Made by a program: the position numbers and the translations under genes. The notes below the pieces were generated by a model. That model had not been told where the DNA came from and made no database searches. It was given only the letters and a program-made list of their open reading frames with translations. Shown in pieces: positions 39,837 through 48,841 of a stretch of DNA of 64,000 bases. Source of the stretch: a virus; IMG/VR virus record IMGVR_UViG_3300045988_101878, positions 1 to 64,000 of that record. One strand, written 5' to 3'. The number at the start of each line of letters is the position of its first letter. Positions within the stretch are counted from its first letter, which is position 1.

Positions 39837-41828
39837 TTATTTCGGCAAATTGCCATTCCACTTGCTGTTCAGATAATTAATTATCTTCTGCCACTCCTCT
39901 TTGTCTATCTTGGCATCATTCATTCTAAGTGCCAGATTTGGCTCAAAAACTTTGAATCCTATAGCTTCTGTCAAACTTGTGTTGGCTATTCTATAGTCCT
40001 TGTTCTCATAATCCACAAAGGGATTGCCTATCTTTGGATCTCTGTCCCAAGTAACAATAATATCTGTTCCGTCTGACTGATACCATAGGTTATTTGCAAT
40101 AAGGGTGGGGTTGGCTATAGGGGCATTGTTGAATATGAAAATATTAGTTGTCACATAGCCCAATGTTCTTGTTGATACGGAAACAAAATCATCCACAAAA
40201 ATGTTGTTTCTGATATTTACATTCTTTATATTTCTGTTAAAACGATAGAACTTGCTGCAATGGAAAAACAGGTTGTTCTCTACAGTTATGTTTGCGCTTG
40301 ACTCATCGCAGAAGATACCATCAAGTTTTTCTGAAGAATCAACATCCCCATACACATTGGTGATAATGTTATTTCTTATCACCAAGCCATTGCTATTGCC
40401 AAGATTGTAGAATGCGCCACCATCAAAAAGAGCCTGAACACCAACGCCTATTAGGTCGAGCAGATTGTTCTCTATAACTCCATTTTTGTTTGCGTTAACC
40501 TCTGATGTCCACGTATAGCCAGTTGTTATGCCAGTATAGTATGTGTCACATATAACGTTATGGCTTATCCTGTAATTGCTTCCATAAAACACTGTCACAC
40601 CACATGCTCCTGCATATATTCTGGCAGGACTAACTATCACATTGTTGTCGAACAATACATTGTCTGGACATACTGTTGGTATTGTCTTCTTGAAATCCAA
40701 TGGCACATAACCAATGGCTATTGACGAACAGCCCAACTCCCTGAAGTTGTTGTTGCTTATAATGCAGTCATGCGCATTGTTCAGCAGCTTTATGGCATGG
40801 TTGGTTGTATGGTCAAACGTACAGTTCATGATTTTGCTCACACCGTTTATCTCAATAGCTCCATTGAATCTTGCACAGGCCTGTCTGCCACTGTAGCCAC
40901 AATGCTCACCCTCATAGCAAGTATTGTCAAACACATGGTTTGAATGACAAATGTTCACGTTGTATATGTTGCATTCTCCGCTTGCGCTTATAAGCACTTC
41001 TGTTCGTGGTATTTCTATATCACAGTTTACGTCGTCATCATCTGTCAACTTATAATGCAGATAACCGTCATTCACATAATATGTTCCTTTCTGCCATGTG
41101 TCTTTATTTCCGAACATTTTACACGCCGGGATATTGAAGTTTTCGAATATCACACGTAATGGTTTGTTCATATTGTGTAACACATTGCCGCCCTCTGTTC
41201 CCACTTTCTGCACACACACAAGGTCGCCAGTATCGGTGTTGATAGATTGTATCCTGCATTTGTAGGACATCCATCTGAAAAGTATTGTTATCCAACCATC
41301 CTTATATCCGGCATCGGCTATTTTCTGTGCATCCGCTTTATATGTTCTTACAGTCGTTGTCATGGTGTCTGCCTCTGTGTCCATAGCACTTGTGCAAGTA
41401 GCCTTAAAGAGGCCAATTCTATCTGTAGACGCAGGATAACGAACCTTGCCATCCACAAAAATCCATTGCGGACACACTTCTCCTACATATATCATTACCT
41501 CGTTGGTACAATTACGGTTGTATTTGCTGCACAGCATACTGCCACGAATAGAACTGCCTGCATTGCCTATTATGCTGATGCTTTTACCAGATGCAACGGT
41601 TAGGGTTTTCTCAGGTCGAAACACACCATCTATCACAATGTCTGTACTAACACCATCCCCACAGGCATCTATAGCACTCTGAATATCATTGAATGGCTTG
41701 CCGAATGTGCCATCACCGTTATTCGCTGCACTTGCATTTGCATATAGGGTTTTAGTTGCTTCCTTAAATATTTGTTCTAATGGATACAACCGTTCATCGC
41801 CATGTATTTTTAGATATTTATTACCCAT
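39837..41828 (-). CDS. right-handed parallel beta-helix protein; putative tailspike polysaccharide depolymerase (663 aa)
   Basis: Periodic Asn-ladder repeats: ISNNNFRELG, FDNNVIVSP, ISHNVICDTYYTGITTGY, IENNLLDLIG, IRNNIITNV, VENNLFFHCS, IRNNIFVDD. Confidence 0.7.
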   Translation of the reverse strand: MGNKYLKIHGDERLYPLEQIFKEATKTLYANASAANNGDGTFGKPFNDIQSAIDACGDGVSTDIVIDGVFRPEKTLTVASGKSISIIGNAGSSIRGSMLCSKYNRNCTNEVMIYVGEVCPQWIFVDGKVRYPASTDRIGLFKATCTSAMDTEADTMTTTVRTYKADAQKIADAGYKDGWITILFRWMSYKCRIQSINTDTGDLVCVQKVGTEGGNVLHNMNKPLRVIFENFNIPACKMFGNKDTWQKGTYYVNDGYLHYKLTDDDDVNCDIEIPRTEVLISASGECNIYNVNICHSNHVFDNTCYEGEHCGYSGRQACARFNGAIEINGVSKIMNCTFDHTTNHAIKLLNNAHDCIISNNNFRELGCSSIAIGYVPLDFKKTIPTVCPDNVLFDNNVIVSPARIYAGACGVTVFYGSNYRISHNVICDTYYTGITTGYTWTSEVNANKNGVIENNLLDLIGVGVQALFDGGAFYNLGNSNGLVIRNNIITNVYGDVDSSEKLDGIFCDESSANITVENNLFFHCSKFYRFNRNIKNVNIRNNIFVDDFVSVSTRTLGYVTTNIFIFNNAPIANPTLIANNLWYQSDGTDIIVTWDRDPKIGNPFVDYENKDYRIANTSLTEAIGFKVFEPNLALRMNDAKIDKEEWQKIINYLNSKWNGNLPK

Positions 41829-43029
41829 TGTATGTCAATTCATTATTTGGTTCGGTCTTTGTTGCATAATAAATACTGTTGGAGCCTGTTATATATAGGA
41901 AATTTCCGCTTACAGTGTCACGGAAACATGGAACACCATCCTTTAACACTGGCTTGAGTTCAATAACAGCAACTCCATCTTTCTCCAAGCGGAAACTATA
42001 CATGTCAACTCGCTCATGTACAAAACTGCTATTGTTATTTGAAAACAACATTACAGGAGTTGTAGAGGGAGTTCTTGTACCATTTGGAGTAATTGTTGCA
42101 GCACTTCCGTCAACAGTAAACTCACAACTGTATTGTGAAATGGTAAATTCCACAACTCCGTTAACTACGGCAGTTGTTCTTGCCTGTCTAAATGGTAATG
42201 TTGCAGAAAATATCTTTTCTTTGTATGTGTTGCCTATACTGCAAGTTTTGCCGTCATGCAATATAAATTGTCTTGCTGCCGTCGATTGGTTGCTTGCAGC
42301 AGGTAGTTTTGCCTTCAAGATTAATTTCTGACCATTTTCCATTATTGTGTTGGTCAGAAGGTAATTACCACCCTTCGTGCCTATATATTCAAGTTCTGTA
42401 TCTTGCACCTCATAGAATACCACGCTCACCACCTTCTTAGCGGTTACAGACGCATTATACTTGCTAACTGCTTTTATTGTTACGCTGCCACTGCCTTTAA
42501 CGGTTAGCGTACCAATTGAATCTATCGTTGCATACTCTCCACCACTTTCCAGGCTCCATGTGACTCCCTTTTGGGTTGTGTTTGTTGGTGTATAATCCAC
42601 ACTGTATGTCGCCTTGTTGCTTGCCGTATTCACAGTGTCTGATCCAGATATAGCTATTGACTCTACTTCAACACCCTCTTGCACCTCATTAAATACCACG
42701 CTCACCACCTTCTTAGCGGTTACAGCCGCATTATGCTTACTAACTGCTTTTATAGTTACGCTGCCACTGCCTTTAACAGTTAGCGTACCAATTGAGTCTA
42801 TCGTTGCATACTCTCCGCCACTTTCCAGGCTCCATGTAACTCCCTTTTGGGTTGTGTTTATTGGTGTATAGGCCACACTGTATGTCGCCTTGTTGCTTGA
42901 AGTATTCACAGTGTCTGAACCAGATATAGCTATTGACTCTACTTCAACAGCAACATCCCCACCAGCTAATGTCACTTTACCGAGGTTTTCCGTAAAAACC
43001 ACTCCAGGAATTATTATTGCTACTCCCAT
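41821..43029 (-). CDS. tail fibre protein with two tandem Big_2 (bacterial Ig-like) domains and a C-terminal beta-rich domain (402 aa)
   Basis: Two 92-aa near-identical repeats: VEVESIAISGSDTVNT..NKATYSV.YTP.NTTQKGVTWSLESGGEYATIDSIGTLTVKGSGSVTIKAVSK. Confidence 0.8.
   Translation of the reverse strand: MGVAIIIPGVVFTENLGKVTLAGGDVAVEVESIAISGSDTVNTSSNKATYSVAYTPINTTQKGVTWSLESGGEYATIDSIGTLTVKGSGSVTIKAVSKHNAAVTAKKVVSVVFNEVQEGVEVESIAISGSDTVNTASNKATYSVDYTPTNTTQKGVTWSLESGGEYATIDSIGTLTVKGSGSVTIKAVSKYNASVTAKKVVSVVFYEVQDTELEYIGTKGGNYLLTNTIMENGQKLILKAKLPAASNQSTAARQFILHDGKTCSIGNTYKEKIFSATLPFRQARTTAVVNGVVEFTISQYSCEFTVDGSAATITPNGTRTPSTTPVMLFSNNNSSFVHERVDMYSFRLEKDGVAVIELKPVLKDGVPCFRDTVSGNFLYITGSNSIYYATKTEPNNELTYNG
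42397..42948. repeat. tandem 276-nt duplication encoding the two Big_2 domains
   Basis: Units 42397-42672 and 42673-42948. By eye there are about 15-20 mismatches per 276 nt. Confidence 0.85.
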
Positions 43030-43048
43030 AATCTATATTTCTTTTATT

Positions 43049-43417
43049 TTACATTGTTACAATTTCAGGCACATTAATGGCATGCAGCCCTGTGCTGTCA
43101 ATATAGCAGCCGATGTTGTAATTCTCATCCACCAGAAACAGACCGTTTTCTACCACTGAGACACTTTCTAAAAGTGAACCTAATAGCGATTTGAAATGAG
43201 TTGACGCTTTGGCGGCATCCAAGCCCTCCGTGTCATACTTCATCACAATGTTCCCCTCACTATCACACACAGCAAGTCCTTCCTCATTGGTCTCCGCAAG
43301 TCCATTTCCTGCTTTTATTACCACTGTTTTTATTACCTCTGAGTTTATAAGTGTCTTTGTGTTATCCACAAGTCTTGCCACACCATTCTCATCTATAAGT
43401 TTTGCCAGTTTTGCCAT
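43049..43417 (-). CDS. small tail-fibre-cluster protein (122 aa) with an internal repeat
   Basis: EEGLAVCDSEGNIVMKYDTEGL and ENGLFLVDENYNIGCYIDSTGL are repeats. Confidence 0.5.
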   Translation of the reverse strand: MAKLAKLIDENGVARLVDNTKTLINSEVIKTVVIKAGNGLAETNEEGLAVCDSEGNIVMKYDTEGLDAAKASTHFKSLLGSLLESVSVVENGLFLVDENYNIGCYIDSTGLHAINVPEIVTM

Positions 43418-43429
43418 TCTTGCTCCTCC

Positions 43430-43987
43430 TTATTCAAATAAAGTGTCTATCTCGCTGTCGCTGATGATGCCTATCGTATTAGTCATTACATTGTTTGTCC
43501 AATCGTCCGAACCTTTCTTCCATTTCGACCATGTACCCCTCTTTAATCCATCTATAGGATTTGCCATAGAGCGGTTGTAGAAACGGTAGTATCTATACAA
43601 TTTGCCGTCAGCGTGCGAATCAAACGTAAGTGTCCCCTCTGTAGGTCCTTCACCTTCTTCGAGAATGTAATTAGTTATTAATACTTCCGTCAACTGATGT
43701 CCCATAGCATCAGAGAAAATATCAAGAATGCCAATTGGTACTGCACATTTCTTTACATTTGATATAACCCTGTATCTGGAAGGTTTCTCTCCAGCAACAA
43801 AAGCATCAATTTGTCCATTCAAGTCAATGTCAGCAGCCGCCATGTCGGCATTGTGACATATTGACTTTAATATACTTTTAAGAGTATCGTCAAGTTTGCT
43901 GTAGCCTATGCATCCATCGCTTAAGTCGTCAGCCTTAATGAGAGGCACCATTGTACCCAACTTAGTGTCTTCTTTAAATGTAGGCAT
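43430..43987 (-). CDS. stand-alone copy of the fibre N-terminal (adaptor-like) domain (185 aa)
   Basis: Paralogous to the N-terminus of 38516-39682. Ends in SDSEIDTLFE. Confidence 0.5.
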   Translation of the reverse strand: MPTFKEDTKLGTMVPLIKADDLSDGCIGYSKLDDTLKSILKSICHNADMAAADIDLNGQIDAFVAGEKPSRYRVISNVKKCAVPIGILDIFSDAMGHQLTEVLITNYILEEGEGPTEGTLTFDSHADGKLYRYYRFYNRSMANPIDGLKRGTWSKWKKGSDDWTNNVMTNTIGIISDSEIDTLFE

Positions 43988-44276
43988 ATTTCACCTCCTT
44001 TGGTTCTGTTGATGTAAAAATCTTAATACCTACGCTTTCGGGTAATACAATAATGCGAAGTTTAAAAATCCTCATATCCTTGTGCCTTTTAATCGGTACT
44101 CTTGGAAATTTCCCGTCTTGCGTACGTTGTCTAATAACCAACTTGCCGGGTTTATTTAGTGTTACCATCAGATATATATCCCTCTTTAATACCACCTCCG
44201 CTGTTTCCCACGCAAGTTCCTCCTTGTTGTAGATTGCTGTTAGCTTCTCCATATAGTTACTGTTGTTTATTGCCAA
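43974..44276 (-). CDS. hypothetical virion-module protein (100 aa)
   Basis: ORF overlapping both neighbours by 14-20 nt in the same operon. Confidence 0.5.
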   Translation of the reverse strand: MAINNSNYMEKLTAIYNKEELAWETAEVVLKRDIYLMVTLNKPGKLVIRQRTQDGKFPRVPIKRHKDMRIFKLRIIVLPESVGIKIFTSTEPKEVKYAYI

Positions 44277-44907
44277 CCATCTGCATTGCTACAGCTAACA
44301 TGCTTTGCGCTCTTGCATCTTGATAGGCTGTAAGTAAAAGATAAGCTATATAATAAATAAATGCCGCTTGCAATGTACTTGCTATGCTAACATCATTCTC
44401 GTCTGACTCAGTATCAATGTCTGAACCAACCCCTATGTAGGACAACTCTACATTTTCTCCTTTCGAAAATGGTTGTATCAGTATTCTTACGGGGGTCCCT
44501 TGTAAGACTGTCGCAAGAGGTCTCTCCACGTTTCCCCTGGCCGTCTCGTCAAACATCATGCTTGCATCGTTGTCGGTATCGTCAACAGGAATTGCAGCCT
44601 TATGCCATCCGTTCATCCTTACTCTGCTAATGCTTGTTGGTGATATACCACTTAGTAGCGTGACAAGTCCAACGTCATTAAAGTTTTCTACACCATCATA
44701 TTGCTGAACGGTTAGTTCTTGTTTTTCTGATGAAAGACTCTCACACTGCCCAGACACTACGGCGAGCCATCGGCGTGCGTCGTTGATTTTAGCGCGGATG
44801 ATATTATCCATGTAGGAGTCCTCGCCGTTGTCGGCAAGCTTGGCATCCTCATGAGTCTCGTGGTCGATGCACCATTTTACTTTGTTGATGATTTCGGAGA
44901 TAGTCAT
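44257..44907 (-). CDS. possible head-tail connector/head-completion protein (216 aa)
   Basis: Position downstream of the capsid gene. N-terminus MTISEIINKVKWCIDHETHED.. resembles gp6-like adaptor openings. Weak call. Confidence 0.35.
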   Translation of the reverse strand: MTISEIINKVKWCIDHETHEDAKLADNGEDSYMDNIIRAKINDARRWLAVVSGQCESLSSEKQELTVQQYDGVENFNDVGLVTLLSGISPTSISRVRMNGWHKAAIPVDDTDNDASMMFDETARGNVERPLATVLQGTPVRILIQPFSKGENVELSYIGVGSDIDTESDENDVSIASTLQAAFIYYIAYLLLTAYQDARAQSMLAVAMQMVGNKQQ

Positions 44908-44925
44908 AACTAATGCTTTAAGGGA

Positions 44926-45384
44926 TTACTCACCAACTGAGTAATTGGGGAAGGCAATACCTTTCTGAGCGGCGAAAACAAGAGCCTTGGCAGGGTCGGT
45001 GAACTTCTTGGAATAGTTGGTATTGACGTAAACAAGAAGCTCGTCGGGGGTGGTGACTGAATCGACACTATCCTCCTGCTTCTTGGGCGTTGGCTCGGGA
45101 GTCGGGACGGGGTCGATGTCGTCGGAGGTTTTGATTTCGCGGACCAACACCACTGTACCGGACTTGAAAAGCTCACTGTCCTCAAGAAGGTCTTGATAAT
45201 ACTTACCCTTAAGAGAGATTTCGGGACAAGTGCCAGCAATGACGTTGCCACCTGTGAACTCGTAGCGAACCTTGTTGCCACCTGCGCCAACAAGAACATG
45301 AGAAACGTTGTTGCGAACCTGTTTTAATCTATATATCTTAATCATTACGTTTTGGAATTTTAAAGATAAGCCTCGCTGAGACAT
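44926..45384 (-). CDS. hypothetical head-module protein (152 aa; alternative start at 45345)
   Basis: ORF directly downstream of the putative capsid gene. A hairpin at 45370-45414 covers ATG 45384. Confidence 0.5.
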   Translation of the reverse strand: MSQRGLSLKFQNVMIKIYRLKQVRNNVSHVLVGAGGNKVRYEFTGGNVIAGTCPEISLKGKYYQDLLEDSELFKSGTVVLVREIKTSDDIDPVPTPEPTPKKQEDSVDSVTTPDELLVYVNTNYSKKFTDPAKALVFAAQKGIAFPNYSVGE

Positions 45385-45454
45385 TAGCGAGCAAAGCCGT
45401 TGCTCAGCGAGGACTTATCGGGACAACTAATTTATTACGGAAATAAAATAATCT

Positions 45455-47140
45455 TTAGACAGCTACGTCCTGGCCCTTGTAGAGTTCCCACTTGGTGCCA
45501 TTGTAGTAGTAGACGGTACCCTTGTCGTACTGAACATCATCAGAAGTGTAGTCTTCGGTAAGGGCAACCTTCATTCCGTTGGACGGAGTTTCGGGGAACT
45601 TAGGAGCAGAGGTGATAGTCTGAAGAGTAGACATGCCAAGCTTAGAAATCTTATCCTCAGGACCAACAAGCACAGAGTTGTAGCCACGGAGAGCGATACA
45701 GTCAGCCTCCTCGTGAATCCAACGCTTAGCGTCGCGGATAGCACCTGCACCCTTAGACATGTCGTTGGTGCGCTCCTTATTGGCAACACGCACGTAGCGA
45801 CGACTCGCCTTAAGGTCGATGATAACGGCAAAGTCCTCCATGTGCATAAGGTCGAGAGTCTGATCCCAAACAACATCGAAAACGCCGAAAGTATCCTTGA
45901 TACGCTTGAAGGTAAGGTCGAACTCGTCGTGATTGATGATGTCGTTCTTGCTATCCTTTTCAATCTTCATCTTCTCCATGCGCTCGATGAAGTTCTTGCC
46001 AGCGAAGACGTAAGCGTGGTTGTTCTCGGCAAAGTCGGTGAACTGAAGCTTAGAGAGAGCAATCCAGTCGGACCACTGCTGAACGTCTCCGATAGCATAG
46101 GCATTGGTAAGCTGAGGCAGAATGCCATCTGCAATGTAAACGTCCTCTACAGCACCGTCCTCGGTGAGCACTTTGAAGCGTCGCTTAACACCAAGCCAGT
46201 AAGAACGCTCAGCGCGGAGGTTGTACTTCATTATAGCATCAGCCTTGAGGTCTTTGACGGTGATAGGCACCTTGGTCTGCACCTTCTCGAAGTCGGTAGT
46301 AAAGAGAATATTGAGCAGCTTCTTCTGCACACAAACCTCCTTCTCGCGAGGCTGCATGTTCTCAGGAGGAACCATAAGCTGAGACTCGCTTGCAGCTGTT
46401 GCGCCAACGAGGAATGTTGAACCAGAAGGAATGTCGGGGCAGGTCATGCTGTCAAGGTCGTCGGCAGGAGTGCCATTGTTCTTAGCCTTGCCGTTGGTAG
46501 CCTGGAGAGTGACCTTCTTGCCGTTAGACTCGATAACGTAAAGCTGAAGCATACCCTCGCGCACGGTATTAGAACCTTCCTTGTAGCCCTCAACGTCGGG
46601 AACGTAGACAGTAGAGCACTTGTAGAACGGACGGAGAGAACCAGAGAAGTTGGTAGAGTTAAGCTCGATGGTGTCGCCACCAGTGATTTCGGCAGTAGTC
46701 TTACCATCGAGAGTCTCGCCACCGATGCGCATGTGTTTGTGAGTCCAGTTCTTGATAGGAACCTTAGTGGCAACCTGTCGGGCGATACTGAGAAGCGGAG
46801 TCTTGTAGGGGTAGAATTTGACAATGTTATTATCCCACTCATCGTCAATCATGTCACCCTCTTTGAGCTGGGTGGATGAAGCCTGAGTTCCCGTCAAATC
46901 CTGACCATCCTTTTTGCCACCGGGACTATTGAGGTCGCTCTTGCCAGCCTCAACGTGTTCGTGTTCAGCAACCTCAGCAGAGGTTGCGGGAGTGTTGCCC
47001 TCATCGCCAATCTGAGGCGCAACATTGTCGCCAACAGCCATGAGCGACGAGCCGCCAGTTACAACGGATAGAAGCATGAGGAAGAGCCACATGAGGATAC
47101 GTCCGCTTTTGATGTAATTGATAAAATGATTCTTTTTCAT
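45455..47140 (-). CDS. putative major capsid protein (561 aa; alternative start at 47041)
   Basis: Size, position after a scaffold-like gene and before head-completion genes, and a strong downstream hairpin. No motif-level proof. Confidence 0.5.
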   Translation of the reverse strand: MKKNHFINYIKSGRILMWLFLMLLSVVTGGSSLMAVGDNVAPQIGDEGNTPATSAEVAEHEHVEAGKSDLNSPGGKKDGQDLTGTQASSTQLKEGDMIDDEWDNNIVKFYPYKTPLLSIARQVATKVPIKNWTHKHMRIGGETLDGKTTAEITGGDTIELNSTNFSGSLRPFYKCSTVYVPDVEGYKEGSNTVREGMLQLYVIESNGKKVTLQATNGKAKNNGTPADDLDSMTCPDIPSGSTFLVGATAASESQLMVPPENMQPREKEVCVQKKLLNILFTTDFEKVQTKVPITVKDLKADAIMKYNLRAERSYWLGVKRRFKVLTEDGAVEDVYIADGILPQLTNAYAIGDVQQWSDWIALSKLQFTDFAENNHAYVFAGKNFIERMEKMKIEKDSKNDIINHDEFDLTFKRIKDTFGVFDVVWDQTLDLMHMEDFAVIIDLKASRRYVRVANKERTNDMSKGAGAIRDAKRWIHEEADCIALRGYNSVLVGPEDKISKLGMSTLQTITSAPKFPETPSNGMKVALTEDYTSDDVQYDKGTVYYYNGTKWELYKGQDVAV

Positions 47141-47221
47141 TTAATGATATTTAAAAAGTTAATGATAAACGTTATAGTTGTTCTAAGAGGACTAAGAAGT
47201 TCTATTTTTGTGGAAGAACTA

Positions 47222-47983
47222 TTAGACTAAGCCATCCCAGAAGCTACTGGTCTTCTTTTTGGTGGTGGAAGCACCACCGTTGGTACTGAGAGAAGGAGGA
47301 ATGTCGTTCTTCTCGGAACGCTTGACCTTGTTCTGAATCTTCTCGTTGCGTCCCTGCATAGCACCTTCCTCGCGAGCGGAAGCCACATCGGCGTCGTAGT
47401 TTTGGGCGTTCTTGAAGAGTTGCCATGTCTCGGTGGAGACAATGCCGTTCTCAGCGTCGCCGATAACCTTGAAGAACTTTTCCCAAAGGTCGGCTTTGGC
47501 ATCGTCGTCGAGACCAAGCTGCTCCATAGCGTCGGCAGACTTCTGAAGATTGGAGACAAGTTCCTGCTCGTGACTATCCTCGTCGGCCTTCTTCTGCTGG
47601 AAGTCGGCAATCTGCTGAGCAACCTTCTTGCCCATTTCCTCGTCCTGCATAGCAGCACCGATGTCGATGCCCTGAGAAGCCATCCACAGGATAGGGTTAA
47701 GGTCGGGATTCTTTTTGAGGTCCATAGCCATAGCTGCAAGCCAACGGTTGTTGTCGAACATTTCACTGAGAGCCTTGCCGTCCTCCTCGTAGCGAGCGAG
47801 AGCGTCGGCATCGTCGTTCATTGCGCCGTAGCGAGCCTCCTTATCCTCAAAGTCGATGTCCTTGTGGCGTTTGGCAAAACGCTCGGAGAAAGCCTTGCGG
47901 TTGGGGCGGTCGTCCACGGGAGGAGCTGTAGCCGCTTCCTGCGACTGAGCTTCGGTCTTAATTTCTTTATTTTCTTCTGCCAT
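47222..47983 (-). CDS. putative scaffolding protein (253 aa)
   Basis: Acidic, Ala/Glu/Asp/Lys-rich helical protein immediately upstream of the putative capsid gene. Confidence 0.45.
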   Translation of the reverse strand: MAEENKEIKTEAQSQEAATAPPVDDRPNRKAFSERFAKRHKDIDFEDKEARYGAMNDDADALARYEEDGKALSEMFDNNRWLAAMAMDLKKNPDLNPILWMASQGIDIGAAMQDEEMGKKVAQQIADFQQKKADEDSHEQELVSNLQKSADAMEQLGLDDDAKADLWEKFFKVIGDAENGIVSTETWQLFKNAQNYDADVASAREEGAMQGRNEKIQNKVKRSEKNDIPPSLSTNGGASTTKKKTSSFWDGLV

Positions 47984-48005
47984 ATCTTATATATAATAAG
48001 GTGTA

Positions 48006-48785
48006 TTATTCTTTACCAAACAACAGACTGAAGACCTGGCGTCCTTTCGGAGTAATCAGTGTCTGCATACCTGCCCACTTATCGCCTCCAGCGCACTCCT
48101 TTATAATGAACAACTCGCCTGTATATCTGGCGTATGGTTTTATTTTGCCTTTAACATCGCGGTAGACATATTGCGCGTCGAGGAGTTTGCTGATAAAATC
48201 ATTCTGCTTCAAGCCAATCTCTTTTGCGGTGTCGCGGAAGTTGGTGTTAAGCTTACGGTCAACAAGACGGTCGAAGTACTCCACCTTTGGCTTCTGCTCC
48301 TCAATCTTCTCCACCAACTTCTGACGTTCCTTTTCTTCCTCAATCCACTTTTCGGCTCGCTTGATAGGGTCGGAGATTTGATAAGAAGGTGTCGCCGCCT
48401 GGCTTATCTGCTGTTCCATAGCATTGAAGGCCTTGATGTATTCGAGTTTGAAGGCAAGTGCTTTTTCTCCAGTGAATCCCATTGCAAGCAAAGTGAAGCC
48501 GTCGCGGTTCATAACGAACATGGGTACTTTCTTCACGCCACCTCCAACAGGCATTGGCTGTTCTACCTCCACAAGAGCAAACATCTTTGTAAGTTGCTGA
48601 CTAACAACGAAAGCCGATTTTTCGGCTGTCGTGTTAAGTAAATTTCGAATGGCATCTAACACATGCTTGTGTTCCTTACCAAACTTCTTTGCCACCATCA
48701 AGCTTGTTGTTAACGCCTGTCCGTTCGTGCCCTTATACACAAGCTCGAGGCTTTCAGGGTTCTCGAAATTCTTTTTCTCTTCCAT
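48006..48785 (-). CDS. second Rha-family/KilAC-type antirepressor-like protein (259 aa)
   Basis: TTSLMVAKKFGKEHKHVLDAIRNLL, SYQISDPIKRAEKWIEEEKE, and C-terminal RDTAKEIGLKQNDFISKLLDAQYVY. Paralogue of 9712-10578. Confidence 0.7.
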   Translation of the reverse strand: MEEKKNFENPESLELVYKGTNGQALTTSLMVAKKFGKEHKHVLDAIRNLLNTTAEKSAFVVSQQLTKMFALVEVEQPMPVGGGVKKVPMFVMNRDGFTLLAMGFTGEKALAFKLEYIKAFNAMEQQISQAATPSYQISDPIKRAEKWIEEEKERQKLVEKIEEQKPKVEYFDRLVDRKLNTNFRDTAKEIGLKQNDFISKLLDAQYVYRDVKGKIKPYARYTGELFIIKECAGGDKWAGMQTLITPKGRQVFSLLFGKE

Positions 48786-48841
48786 TTCCTTAATATTTTA
48801 GTTTACGCTTGCGAATATCCCAATTTTTTACGTCCGTTTTT

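Noticed and set aside
41821-43029. Diversity-generating retroelement targeting the Big_2/C-terminal fibre domains.
   Set aside because: No reverse transcriptase, template repeat or accessory gene is present in the window. The two near-identical segments are a tandem in-frame duplication, not a template/variable repeat pair.
44910-47811. Alternative-frame ORFs overlapping structural genes (44910-45299, 45571-45963, 46444-46848, 47227-47811).
   Set aside because: Their products are Ser/Thr/Arg/Pro/Leu-rich with no hydrophobic periodicity. They lie wholly inside better ORFs on the same strand and look like frame shadows.
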